Assembly (NCBI RefSeq): GCF_910592395.1
Contig: NC_088308.1
Coordinates: 2,914,001-2,978,000, forward strand
Direction of reading: 5' to 3'
Origin: Lineus longissimus
Lineage: Eukaryota
Length of the DNA: 64,000 nucleotides
In this document: positions 28,957-40,900 of the stretch, piece by piece
Layout of the letters: every line of letters starts with the position of its first letter
Position numbering within the stretch: position 1 is the first letter of the stretch
The notes under the pieces: model-generated
The model's database searches: none
The model's input: only the letters and a program-made list of their open reading frames with translations
Told to the model about the DNA's origin: nothing
Position numbers and translations under genes: made by a program

Positions 28957-31900
28957 ATGATGACAATGGAGATGATGACCTAATATGTAGCAACTATGCA
29001 ATGATGACGGAGGATGAGGAGTCAAGACCAGGTTGGGCAACAGGCTGGAGGACAAGATACCAAGATCCAAGGGTGACCAGCATAGCAAAAGCCAAGACCA
29101 TCGAGACAAGCAACCTGACATAGCAATGATGGGTGAAACTGAAGTCATCATGATATAAATGACAATGTTTCTGCAATTGATCTGGAAGATCAAGACTGTT
29201 GTGCGTGATGAACCAGTTTTTGATAATGCTTGATGTGCAGGCATTGCGCAGACTGTGTTTCATAGTTCAACTGTATAGTGAGGAAAGATTTTTCTCCAAA
29301 ATTTCCAAACAATCCACGTGGGATTGACAAATAGCTTTTTTGGAGGGAATACTGCATGGAAAGTTATCTTCTTTGGTGCGGTTTGGGGGTCTCCGAAAGT
29401 GGAATCAGCTCACCCAATAGTACAGTATGCACTGCTTCCTAAAACAAGGCCCCAGACATTGTAATCAGTCTTTCAACAAGTGCACACAAGCACGTTTTAT
29501 GTGAAAATATTGCTCACTATACAGTATGAACTATTGACATTGTGTCCGAGGTTTCTCCAACATGCCATGCATGTGCATAATGACACTGCTGTAACCAGAG
29601 GTCGTCAATGAAGATGAAATGGTCTCCAAGTAACTAGGATCAAATCTAAACCCTCCATTCCCAAACAAAGCCTAATCCAAAATACCCCAAATCATATACT
29701 AAGAGTAGCACCTACAGAATTCTCTTCATACCCAAGAATACTTTTGATGCAGACCATTTTCTAGTTGTTACATATTTGAACTTGTCCAGACATCAGAGTG
29801 GGATTCATAAGACATTTTAAACTGATCAACACCATCATATCAAAGAAGTTATTCAGTCAGTGAGACTACCGGTATTATTCAGGGTCATGTGGCTCTGCTT
29901 ATATTGGTGAAGGCCAAAACTTCACAATATGTGTGAAAACTAGTCTCTTGAACTTGGACAGGCTCACACACCTCATAAGTCCATAAAGGTAAGGAACGAA
30001 ATGGGTTCCAGGTTCGTTCAACCATCAGGACAGCCTGAATACTGGTACAAAGACAAACAAAAAGTCGGAACTTAGCAGGATTCAGGATAAGCCACAGTTA
30101 CCAGTATCATAACAGCACAGACAGTGCTGGGTATAAGCAACAGAGGATATGGGGACTGTCTACCATAAAACTCATTGTTTTCCAGAATAGTTCTTCGAAA
30201 ATAGCAAAGAAGAGGTTGCCACAGGCCTGGAAAAGCCATTAACCACTTCTGTGTAAAGCTTTTGCTGGCCTATCAGTTCAAAGAATCATTGGTGCAGGCC
30301 AGTTCCTCACAGAAACACACTTCAGAGATGTTCTTTATCTGAGCTCTGGCCTGGTTCAAGCAGTTGGCCCTGTGGTCCAAACCAATGACATTCACAAACT
30401 TGGCCAGGACAAGAAAGTCACTAAGTCTCTGAAGAGCATTTCTGTTAACATGGCTTGCCACAGAGGGAAACAAATGAGAATGGCAACAGTTTAATAATCA
30501 ATACACAAAAAAATTAAAAGAGACCCACCACTTAAGATTATAAACAGACACCCTAGTCTAACAATTATGGATTATGACTAAAATGATACAAAGTTTAGAC
30601 CTAACACGTAATCCCCTTGTTTAAATGATAACCGAAAGCAAATGAACGTAATAGAACATAATGAAACACTCGATGAAGACACAGCAGTTGTGTACGGTGC
30701 AGACTTACTCAGCTTTGATGCCCCTGTAGTGGTCAAGTTGGAGAAGAAGAGAAAAGTGGCATACAGATTAAAACATGTCCAAACGGGTTCATCGGCTTGG
30801 CAGTGCACAATGTGGTGAAGGAATTTTCGTCACAAATAGTTTCATTTGTTTTTACAGCGACTCAAATTTTTCCGATTTACAGCTTTGCAGATTGCAGGAC
30901 TCAACACAGAATTTCAAAACATTGTCATCAATAGACAGGAGGCATAATTCGCAGAATGGTTCAACTTTCTAACTTGTGACAAAAAGTAACCTCAGCACAT
31001 TGTATCTAATACATGTACATGTATGACCTATGTTTTGTTATTTCATGAATAAGATCAAAAATACATTCCCATGAGCGAGCTTATGTATTTTTGATCAAAT
31101 TTTTATTCATGAAATGCTACCAGCACAATAGCGTGAACTTAGAATTATATCCTGCATAAGCTTTGCGACTTGAATTGCATATTAAAGAAGATTATAACTG
31201 GACAACTGACTTATACATGATATTCAATATAGCTGAAATACTAAATCAAAGTGATGAGAGTGACGGGAAAGTGGAATCTAACTACGAGTTCATGTGACAA
31301 CTTGAGATACGGAGAGGTGACAGAACACAAATTATTTCACAAACCAAAGCACCCAAGTCCCATTCTATGAAATTCACCTCCATCGATATTAAGCATAAAG
31401 CGTCCCCCAAACTATCCATATCCGTACTCAGTTTTGGAGAACAAGTACCCCATTCTTACAGCAGTGTTAAAGTGCAACGATCCCACAAATTCTTACCCCA
31501 ATCCCATGCTAAGCATTTCCTATCAGTACAGCACATGCAACTGGCTTTGCCATTTGATAATTTTGTCCACTAAGAAGATAAGTAACAGATTGGCACTTCG
31601 TAACTCTCGTTTTTTGCTGTGCAGAGGATTCAATTTCCCCCATCAAGCACTGAATCAGTGTGTAGTCTAGTTCCAAAAAGTGGGCCCCTCTTCAACTAAC
31701 AGTTGACAACTTATAAGTAATTCGAAAAATCCCTAATCTAATATTTCTGATTTCACAAGTGGCTGTTGCTTTTCAACCAGAAAAACTTTTAGGGAACAGA
31801 GGAAGTTTCAAAATTTGGTCTGAAGCCAGGTTTTGATCAGAGGAGTGAAATTTCTGCAATGTGAAATATGATGGAAACATGGAGAAATGACAGTGTAATG

Positions 31901-34900
31901 GATATGAATGATAAGCCAAGTTAAGAGAAAGCAGCGGTGCATAGGTCAGCAGGAAGGGTTAAATGACAAGATCACAGAATTAACGGTTCTGTCTTGTTTT
32001 AATAGAGGCCACGCAGCCAAATCGATTGACCACACTAGACTAGTATATAGACTACTGCTAACAGACCCACCAATCTTTTTGTGACTGGTGAAATTGAGGG
32101 GTGTAAGGAGTGCAATATACCCCTCTGAACTCCTTTTGAGAAAAGATTGAGTGGATCTGTTATTGTTGCCAGAAATTTATCAGCCACTCTAGTGTGGTCA
32201 ATCAACCGGGCACCGTGGAGGTGGTCATAGATAGTGTCATATGAATTTGATGCATTCCACTGAAATTCCCATTTCCTGTGGAAATGTGATTTTATTAGTT
32301 CATACCTACCCAGGTCAGACTTTTGCATATGTACTCATATCGGATCTACCCGAGGAATTATTTAACTAATTACATTAGAAAATAACCAGCCAGTTCACAA
32401 GGCTACGTCCAGGCGGCGCCCCTGTACAGCCCATCAACCGTGCAAGCCGCCATATTGCCAGTACTTTTTACTCAAGCAACTCAAGTAAGTCCCGTTGCTG
32501 TGGGGACGGACGGGTGGGCAGTCTGACCTGGGTAGGTATGAACTAATAAAATCACATTTCCACAGGAAATGGGAATTTTATGTCGTTCATACTCTACCCA
32601 GGTCAGACTTTTGCATCGAATACCAACAACCTAAGGAAGGTGGGTAAACGTGACTTACCATGTAGCGACGTGAACTGTCTCCAAGCCGCATAGCAGAACC
32701 CAACGGGTGAGACCGGGATAACCAGACCAAAGAGAAATGGGGATGCTCATGGCTCAACGGTCAGGCCACCATATAAAAGAATAATGGAAAGGCCTTAAGG
32801 TTATCAACTACCCCCTAGAGTAAGGTAGCACATCGCATGGTACTTGCTCAGCACACACCTCGCCAAAAGAATGTGTGGACTTAAGAGGGTAACCACCCTC
32901 TGCGTGCGGGGACAACCCACAAAGTCTAGGCGGCTCAACCTAAGACATCCGGACGGGGCACATGCACAGGGGAACCACGTCCCGGCATGAATGTCCGCAC
33001 CTCCCCCCCATCTTTAGAGGGAAGGACGGAGAATCCGGAGTGAGGAGTCCGGCGGGTAGGCTAGGCAGGGAGAACCTAGACTACGTGCTGAGCAGCGACG
33101 ATTGGACCGAGAGACAGCATACCGTCAGTCATCACGGAACAATCGCGCATATAATGTTGGGAGAAAGTGGAGTGAGAACTCCACGTCGCCGCCTCCAAGA
33201 CCTCGTTCAAGGCGACTCCCCTATATTCGGCCCATGAAGTCGAGATGGCACGAATCTCGTGGGCCGTCACGGAACCCAGGCGGCGAAGCTCCGGAGACTG
33301 AAGAGTCATGGAGTAGGCCTGCCGGATGGTGGCCACCAACCATCTGGCGACCGTGGCGGGCGCAATCTCCCGTGTGAATCCCTCGCGATAAGACAGAAAA
33401 AGACGCTTTCTGCCGAGACGGACGGCAGGGTCTTTGGTCTTATCGACATAGAACCTCAAGGCCCGGACGGGGCAGAGAGTTCTATCCGGGAGGTCTCGAG
33501 AGACCACCCTGGAAAGGGATGGAATAAGAACCGGGCGCCTGGAGGTGGAAGGCGCCTGGTTCTTCGCAATAAAGCCTGGGACAAATTCTAGGACCGCGCC
33601 CCTCTCATTGAAGGCTAGCTTGTCAAAAGCTAGGGCATGGAGCTCGGACCGTCTCTGGGCCGTAGCTAAGGCCACCAAGAAGACGGTCTTAAAGGTAAGA
33701 TGCTTCCTATCTGCTAGGTGCAAGGGCTCGAATGGAAATCTCATAAGAGCCCGTAACACCACCGAGAGATCCCACTTGGGGACGCAATGTAAGGAGCGGG
33801 GACGCTCCAGAGACATGTTGCGAAGCAACGATGACAAGGCGTCATCCCAAGCCGGTTGCCAGGAGCCTGTCAGTCTAAGGGTGACGGCAATGGCAGAGCG
33901 ATAGCCCTTAACCCCCTGGACCGAAAACTTCCGAACCGTAAACAAAAAGTTTAGGAAATCGAGGAAGTTGGGAAGAGTGGGAGCGATCGGAGAAACTCCG
34001 TGCTCTCCGCACCAGTCTCGAAAGACGAGCCACTTACTGTCGTATGATGTAAGGGTAGACTGTCTCTGAGGCTGAGCGACTTTTCGGATAACGTCCTCCG
34101 AAAAGCCTCTCTCTCGGAGGAAATGCCCGATAGTCTCCAGGCGTGAAGCCTGTAGAAAGAAGGGTCCTGATGGTAGACCCGGCCTATCGGGTGATATAGC
34201 AGGCGGTCCCACTCCGGCAATCTGCGGGGGTGGTCCGTCAGGAGCTCCAGCAACACCGGGAACCAAGCTTGGTTCGGCCAACAAGGGGCGATCAGGCAAA
34301 GCCTGACGCGCGATGAGGCCACTTTGTTCAGAACCGGCAGCAACAGAGGGGTTGGCGGGAATGCATAAGCATTGAGGCCGTCCCAGGAGGCCGACAGGCT
34401 GTCTACTCCCAAGGCCTCGTCGTCCGGGAGAGGGGAGTAATACAGGGTGAATCTCTTGTTGAGGCGAGTGGCGAAAAGGTCCACAATCGGCGCATCCCAC
34501 ATCCCGGCCAGCCGGGACACAATCTCCTGATGGAGGGTCCACTCGGTCTGGACTAAGCGATCGGCTCTGGAGAGAGCATCCGCCAGGATGTTCCTCTTGC
34601 CGGGGATGTGACGGGGGAAGAGCTGGATGTCCAGCCGACGACAAAATTGTAGGAGGTCCCATGTCAGACGACACAGAGTGTCGGACCTCGTTCCCCCTTG
34701 TCTCCGAATATAGGCGACGACAGTCGAGTTGTCGGAGAACAGAGATACCCTGTGACCCCGTAACCGGGACGAAAAGGCCTTCACGGCTAGGATGACAGCC
34801 TGCATTTCGAGAATATTGATCGAAAGGCGAGACTCCTCCCCTGACCACGTGCCCTTGGTGGTCAGGTCGCCCTCGTTCAGGTGAGCCCCCCATCCGAAGA

Positions 34901-37900
34901 GGGAGGCGTCCGTGAAGAGGGACATCTGGGGGGGTAACGGACGGAGCTGCACCCCGCGGAGGAGCTCCGTCCCCGTCCCCCAGAACCTCCAAACGTCCTC
35001 CAGTAGCATGGAAGGGAGTGCTACTGCTCGATCGAGTGGGTCCGAGAAGGGGCGCCAACTCGAGAGTAGGAGGAGCTGGAGGGGGCGCATATACAGGCGA
35101 CCGAGAGGAACCTGGTCCGCCGCCGAATTGAGCAGGCCCAGCAGGGACAGGAACTGTCTGGCTGTGGCGCTGTCTCGACGACGGAAAGCCCGAATCAGAG
35201 ACCGGATCTTGGTGACCCGGTCCTGAGGTGGGGACATGAGGCCCTCTCTGGTACGGAAACGTACTCCCACGAAGACAAAATCCTGAGACGGGTCTAGCTC
35301 GGATTTTTCTAAGTTTGTTATCCACCCGGCCTGGGTCGCCGTCTTGAGCAAGAACCGAGTCTGCTTGAGAAGACGGGGACGGGATTGGCAACGCAGCAGC
35401 CAGTCGTCTAAGTAGCAATGGAGCTTGAAGCCCAAAGCGTGAAACGGGGCGGCGAACGCCCTGACGACGGTTGTGAAAATAAGCGGAGCGGAAGCCAGGC
35501 CGAAAGGCAAGGCCTGAAACTGATAAATTTTGCCTTCGAAGTAAAAGCGAAGGAAATGTTGAAAGTCTGGATGGACTGGGATGTGAAAATACGCATCCTG
35601 CAAGTCCATGGAGACGGCCCAATCGTCGGGCTGCACCGCTGTTGCCACTGACCTTGTTGTTTCCATCCTGAAACTGGGTACCCTGAGGAACCGGTTCAGG
35701 CTGGACAGGTCTATGACCAATCTCCATTTTCCCGACTTCTTCGGAACCAAGAAGATGTGGCTGTAAAAGCCCGGGGAGGAGTGGTCTTCCACCACCGTGA
35801 CAGCCTCCTTCTGGAGGAGGGAGTTGACCTCGGACCGAAGGGCTTCGGCCCTGGCCGGGTCCACGGGGGGTAATACCGGGTGGGGAGTCGATGTCGTTGG
35901 GGGAGGATGGGCAAAATCGAGGCGAACCCCGTGCCGGAGCATGTCCGGGACTGGGGAGCCTTTTTGACACCATCCGACCCAAAAGGCTGCGAAATGGCGC
36001 AGTCGGCCCCCAACGACAGAGTCCGAGGGAGTGTCGCCTATTAGCGCCCGAGGAGAAGGTGACAAGTCACCGACGCCTGCCCCCGCGACCCTTCCGCTGT
36101 TGTGGCCGGAAGGGGCGCTTGGGCTGCCCGCCACCTCCGCCCTGACCTGAGGAGCGGTGGCGCTTATTGGAGGGGCGGGCTGGAGCCGCAGCTTCTGTCT
36201 GCCCTCGGGGACGAAAAGACCCGGAGGAGCCCTGCGAGGCCGAGGGCCCACGAGAGGCCGACGCACCCCGGGGGCGTCTAAACTCCGGCTGACGTCCCCG
36301 GCCCGCGGACCATGAAGAGGAACGCGGGCGGGGGGCCTGTCTGGGGGGAGGAGGGTCCCCCTCACGACTCTTATCCGACTCGCGCTGAGCCCCTAAGGTA
36401 TCAGGCAGCGAATCGTGGAATAAGAAGGGACCGCCCAAAGGGGCGGTCCGCAAGGCCCCGCGCAGAAACTGGGCGCGGACCACACTCAGCCCCTCGATGA
36501 GGAGGTCCCGGCGCTTCAGCACCGCGTTGGCTGCTTGTTTGGCAGCTAAGTCACTGGCATGTTGCAGTGACTGCTGTAAGGACATAGCCAGGATGCGTTG
36601 CTCATCCGTGGCGTCCGCAGCCAACGACCTGGACAGGGCACAGAGCGTCAAGTCGGCGTACGATAACACCGACTGCGTCTCCTTGGCCAGGGCCTCATCG
36701 TTCTTGGCATCCCTCATAGGAGCAGACGTGAGGACTTTCGGAACGACCAACCCGGCGAGCTGCACATCATCCCTCAAGGGGATGAGTGAGACCGGGTCAG
36801 TCCCCGACGGCGATACTCTATAGTATTCTGGCCTATACGAAGGACTGTGAGGGGAAGTGGCCGTGAAGCGCTTCCCCGCCTTCGTCCAGGCTCCCGGTCC
36901 AGTCGACGGCAAAGTCGAGACCAGGGAGCGCTGGTGGCCCCCGCAGGACGGCGCCGTGTCCCTAAGCGTTGAATCGAGCCAATGAGAGGCTCTGATCAAG
37001 GCAGGGGAGGGGGGCAACTCATCGAGTGCCCGGTCCGGCACGGCAGCCAAGTCCGGCTCGTCGGCATCCCCGAAAAGATCGAAGGGAGCACGGCCGAGCG
37101 CGGGGTTGACCGGCGGGAGAGGACAATGCTCGGTCGGCACGAACTGCCGGACGAGCGCGCGAAGATCGCGCATCCCAGCCACAATGGTGGGGTCCTCTGT
37201 TCCAGAGGGGCAGTCAGCCTGAGGGGCCTGCCCGATGGAAGATTGCGACTCATCGAATTGATAGTCGACCTCCATGGGGACTTGGGGCAGCTCAAAGGCC
37301 ACTGGTCTCCCGGCCTGCTGCTGAGGGGCCCTATCTGAGAGATTTTTGGTCTCCAGATGGGCAGCCAAACTCTGCAGGACCTGACGCTGCTGGGCCGTAA
37401 GGCCCGGTGCGATAGGCCGGGGATCCTGTCTGGACATACCTGGGGCAGGCAGGGATGGCGGGGGGCTACTCACCACAAAGGGGGTGGAGCTCAGACCCGC
37501 AGAGCCAGACAGGGAGGGACGGGGTCGCACCGGCGAAATCGTGGGGCGAACCCTCCCGACGTCCGGACAGACCCTAGGGTCTCTAGAACGGACGTAATGC
37601 CCCATTGTCGCACCCCTACCCCAGGGGGGTAGGTCACCTCCGTGCGAGACAAGAGGGGGCGGCAGAACAGGGGGGGTGACGCCCGAGTCTGCAGTAACCC
37701 ACGGGGAGGCGGTCGACGTCCTCAGAAGGGGACGGAAATTGGGGTGAGCCGCCTGCCAGGCCTCATAACCCGATGGGATACGCCCCGTCGCCTCAGAGCG
37801 GTCAGATGTGACGGTGTGATCTGACGAGACAGTCACAACCGAAGACACTGCCGGAGGCACATCCAACCCGGAGGAGGACGGGGGACGACCCAATGCCGCA

Positions 37901-40900
37901 GCAGGGGGGTCCCGACGGGGGAGGGCGGAGGAAACCCGGCCAGGTGGGGGCTTAGACGTGACTAAGGACTCCACGGCCGGTAGCCGGAGGAGTTCCTGAA
38001 TCAGGAGGTCTGCCTCCAGCGGGGTATGCTCCACGCCCAGGGGATCGGGACGCAAAGCGTCCAGAGTCCCGCTCACTTCGACCCCCTGTGAAAGGGGGGA
38101 GGAGCCAATCTCCCTAGGGGGCGCCCCGATGAGGGGGTCACCGGCGCTCAACCTAGGAGAGAACCCGGGGGGCACACCTCCGAATGGAGGGTGCCCGGCC
38201 CGAGCCCCGGAGTCGGGCGCCGAAACGGCGCCAGAGCTCCGGGGGCCTCGCCCCCGCTGAGAAGAAACAGCGGAGGGGGACTTAGAAGAGGCCGCACCAG
38301 ACTTTCTGGGGCCTCTCCGGGTCGGCTTCTGCTTCTTCGACGGCCGAGGGGCCGGAGAAGCAGAAGGCAGCGTCCCGGCAGCGGACGAAACCGCAGTCGC
38401 CGAGTCCGACGGGGCGGACTGGCGAGCCGGGGACGAACCGGGACGGGGACTAATAATCCCCGATACACCGGCACCCGGGCACCTGAATACCCAGAAGGGT
38501 AACAGGCCCAATAAGAGGGCTGGAAAGCCCAATAAGGACAAGAAGGACGCTAACAAGAGCGGCAGAGCCAGCATCTTGAGAGGCCACACAAAGAAAGTGA
38601 ACGATAAGAAAAACTTGGATTTATTTGGTCACGTGACCGGAGCCTGGAGCGAGAAAATTTTTTTTTTTTGGGAGAACGGCGAAGAAAAAGCGTTCTAAGT
38701 GACGAATTCAGAGAAAGATGGGTAAAGGAATGGTCTCACCCGCTTCCTGAAATCGGCAGCTCCAAAACGGACGTCCGGGGGAGGATCCTTCTCAATACTG
38801 TCGCGGGGGAATCAACGCAAACAGCAGCAGAAACTCGGTGCTTGTGATACAAGGCGCCGAGGAAAAAGTACTGGCAATATGGCGGCTTGCACGGTTGATG
38901 GGCTGTACAGGGGCGCCGCCTGGACGTAGCCTTGTGAACTGGCTGGTTATTTTCTAATGTAATTAGTTAAATAATTCCTCGGGTAGATCCGATATGAGTA
39001 CATATGCAAAAGTCTGACCTGGGTAGAGTATGAACGACATAAAAACCAACACACTCAGAACACAAGTGTTTTTAAGTTGCATTAGAAACAGGTCTGGACA
39101 GAGTGCTAAGAGAAACATGCTTGCACACAATCACAAGGTAGCCCCCTCTCCCGAAATATTTCAACTCCCACATGCAAAATCTGAATCGGAAACCACTATC
39201 AGCAGAAGTTTTTGAAAAATGTCCAGATTTTGTACCCAGTCGCGCATGCTCATAAATGAGTAGCAAAGTATGGTCTGGTATGCACATGCGTATCAACCAG
39301 ACACAAAATCAGGACATTTTGTTCCAACCTTTGCCAACCACTGGGCTGATTTGGGTCCTCAGAGGAGTATGCCGAGTTGCTTCAAAGGTATAAGTTTTTC
39401 GTGAATGGAAAATTTTCAATTTTGTCATGAGGGAGAGTAAAGGGTTGGGGCAAATGGTGTGAAGCTTATGTAGTACCACTGAGATGTTTAGGATCGGTTG
39501 TTTTTGTTGTGGATAGTCATTTTAGAATCTCTGCAACTTCACACCTCTCTGATCAAAACCTGGCTTAGGTGTGAAATGTTTGAAAATCTAAAGCATTGTT
39601 GGTCTTAACACTCAGATGACCTGTCTTTGAAATTCAATGATAGCTTGTTTATGAATTAAATGTTGTTCAGGAGCCAGTCAATGTTTATGTCACCAGCATA
39701 CCCATCAAAGGCAAAGAGGAGCGCAATGAACAAGGCATTGTGTGGTCCCACTCCAAATATAGACTACTGAAATGAAAGCACACCCCTGATAACCCTGCCA
39801 CGTCTGCTACCCACCTTGCTTCCACAGCCAACCCTCCTTGTCCGGATTGAAGAATGTATGCATGAGATCATTGCCATCATCCTCTGGAATCTTGAACGGT
39901 TCCTTCTTGATGCTGTCGTACAAGCTCTGCAACAATAAAGTGGTCAGATGTGAGGTCTTCTCACAGATTAACACAGATTTCAAAGTTGGTACTGTAGTTT
40001 TTTCATCACTGGCCACACTTTGACACACTTTCAAATCATGAAATACACGCAAACATTCAAGTGTCCTGACTTACTGTGAGAAGATCCTCAGGCAGGTCGC
40101 CTCCATCGTTGATGCCTCTGTTCATTGAGATGAAGCGGTCCACACCTGGCTTGTCCTTCACGCTTGGGTTGTGGAGACTCGTGTTCAACATGATGATGGC
40201 GAACGAGAGAATATAGCAAGTGTCTGCAAGAGAGAAGTCAGTTCCAGATATACGCATAAAAGGTAAATTTTTGAGGGGCTATACTCCTCTCAATACCACC
40301 CAAAGTGGCAGTTTCTATATATCAGTCAGAGGGATTAATTCTAACACTGCAAATGCTTGTGCCAAAAAATATATGAATCAAGAAAAGAGCCAATAGCCAG
40401 TGTTTACCTGTCGTTACGAACACGCCTTGGTTCTGATCGCAGTAGCGTTCAGCAAAGCACTCCATCATGCGATCAATCTTCTGTGCTTCACCAGGAAGAC
40501 GGAAACTCCACAGGAATTGCCTGGAAATATACAAACCATGACATTAGTTCAATCTTTTGATTTCTGGTATCACAACGATAAGAATACCATATGGGTATGA
40601 CATGCATGATAAGTATTGACCTTCAAAGAAGGTGTATAAGCACTCATTCTCTGACAAGCTGGCCAGCATCGCCCAAGTAATGAACGTAGGGGGTTACAAC
40701 TCTTGCGGTAGAACTTGACACTCTATTTTGTGCTCGGGCTAGTTGCTTTTCTACATGCATAAAGCTGTCATCCACAGTTACGGGACTCCAGTTGTTTTTG
40801 CCTCATTCCCAATGCCCATTGTCAAATATTGGATAGTAGCCATTGGTTCAACCCAAGTATGTTAGACCACTTTTCAGTTCAGTTTCAACATTCTAAAACA

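Larger units (their letters stand above)
32263..39044 (-). mobile_element. Full-length DIRS1-group tyrosine-recombinase retrotransposon (about 6.8 kb)
   Basis: Inverted terminal repeats, 3' terminal extension, internal complementary region, TTT termini without a normal TSD, three long overlapping ORFs (gag-like, RT-RH-MT, recombinase); visibly more GC-rich than flanks. Confidence 0.97.

Noticed and set aside
28313..29263. ORFs with poly-Ser, poly-His and poly-Gln runs
   Set aside because: Produced by GAT/TGC microsatellites; no splice or domain support
32962..38502. Many short plus-strand ORFs within the DIRS element
   Set aside because: Antisense shadows of GC-rich coding sequence; no motifs
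26131..39814. Vertebrate-type 3-nt glycine microexon (ag|GNG|gt) in the GG-loop intron
   Set aside because: A by-eye scan found no such triplet with both splice sites; the near hit at about 31338 lacks the AG. A computational scan could still find one.
39807..39814. Tandem donor (G|gtgg|gtag) as a way to add a glycine
   Set aside because: The second GT is 4 nt downstream and would shift the frame
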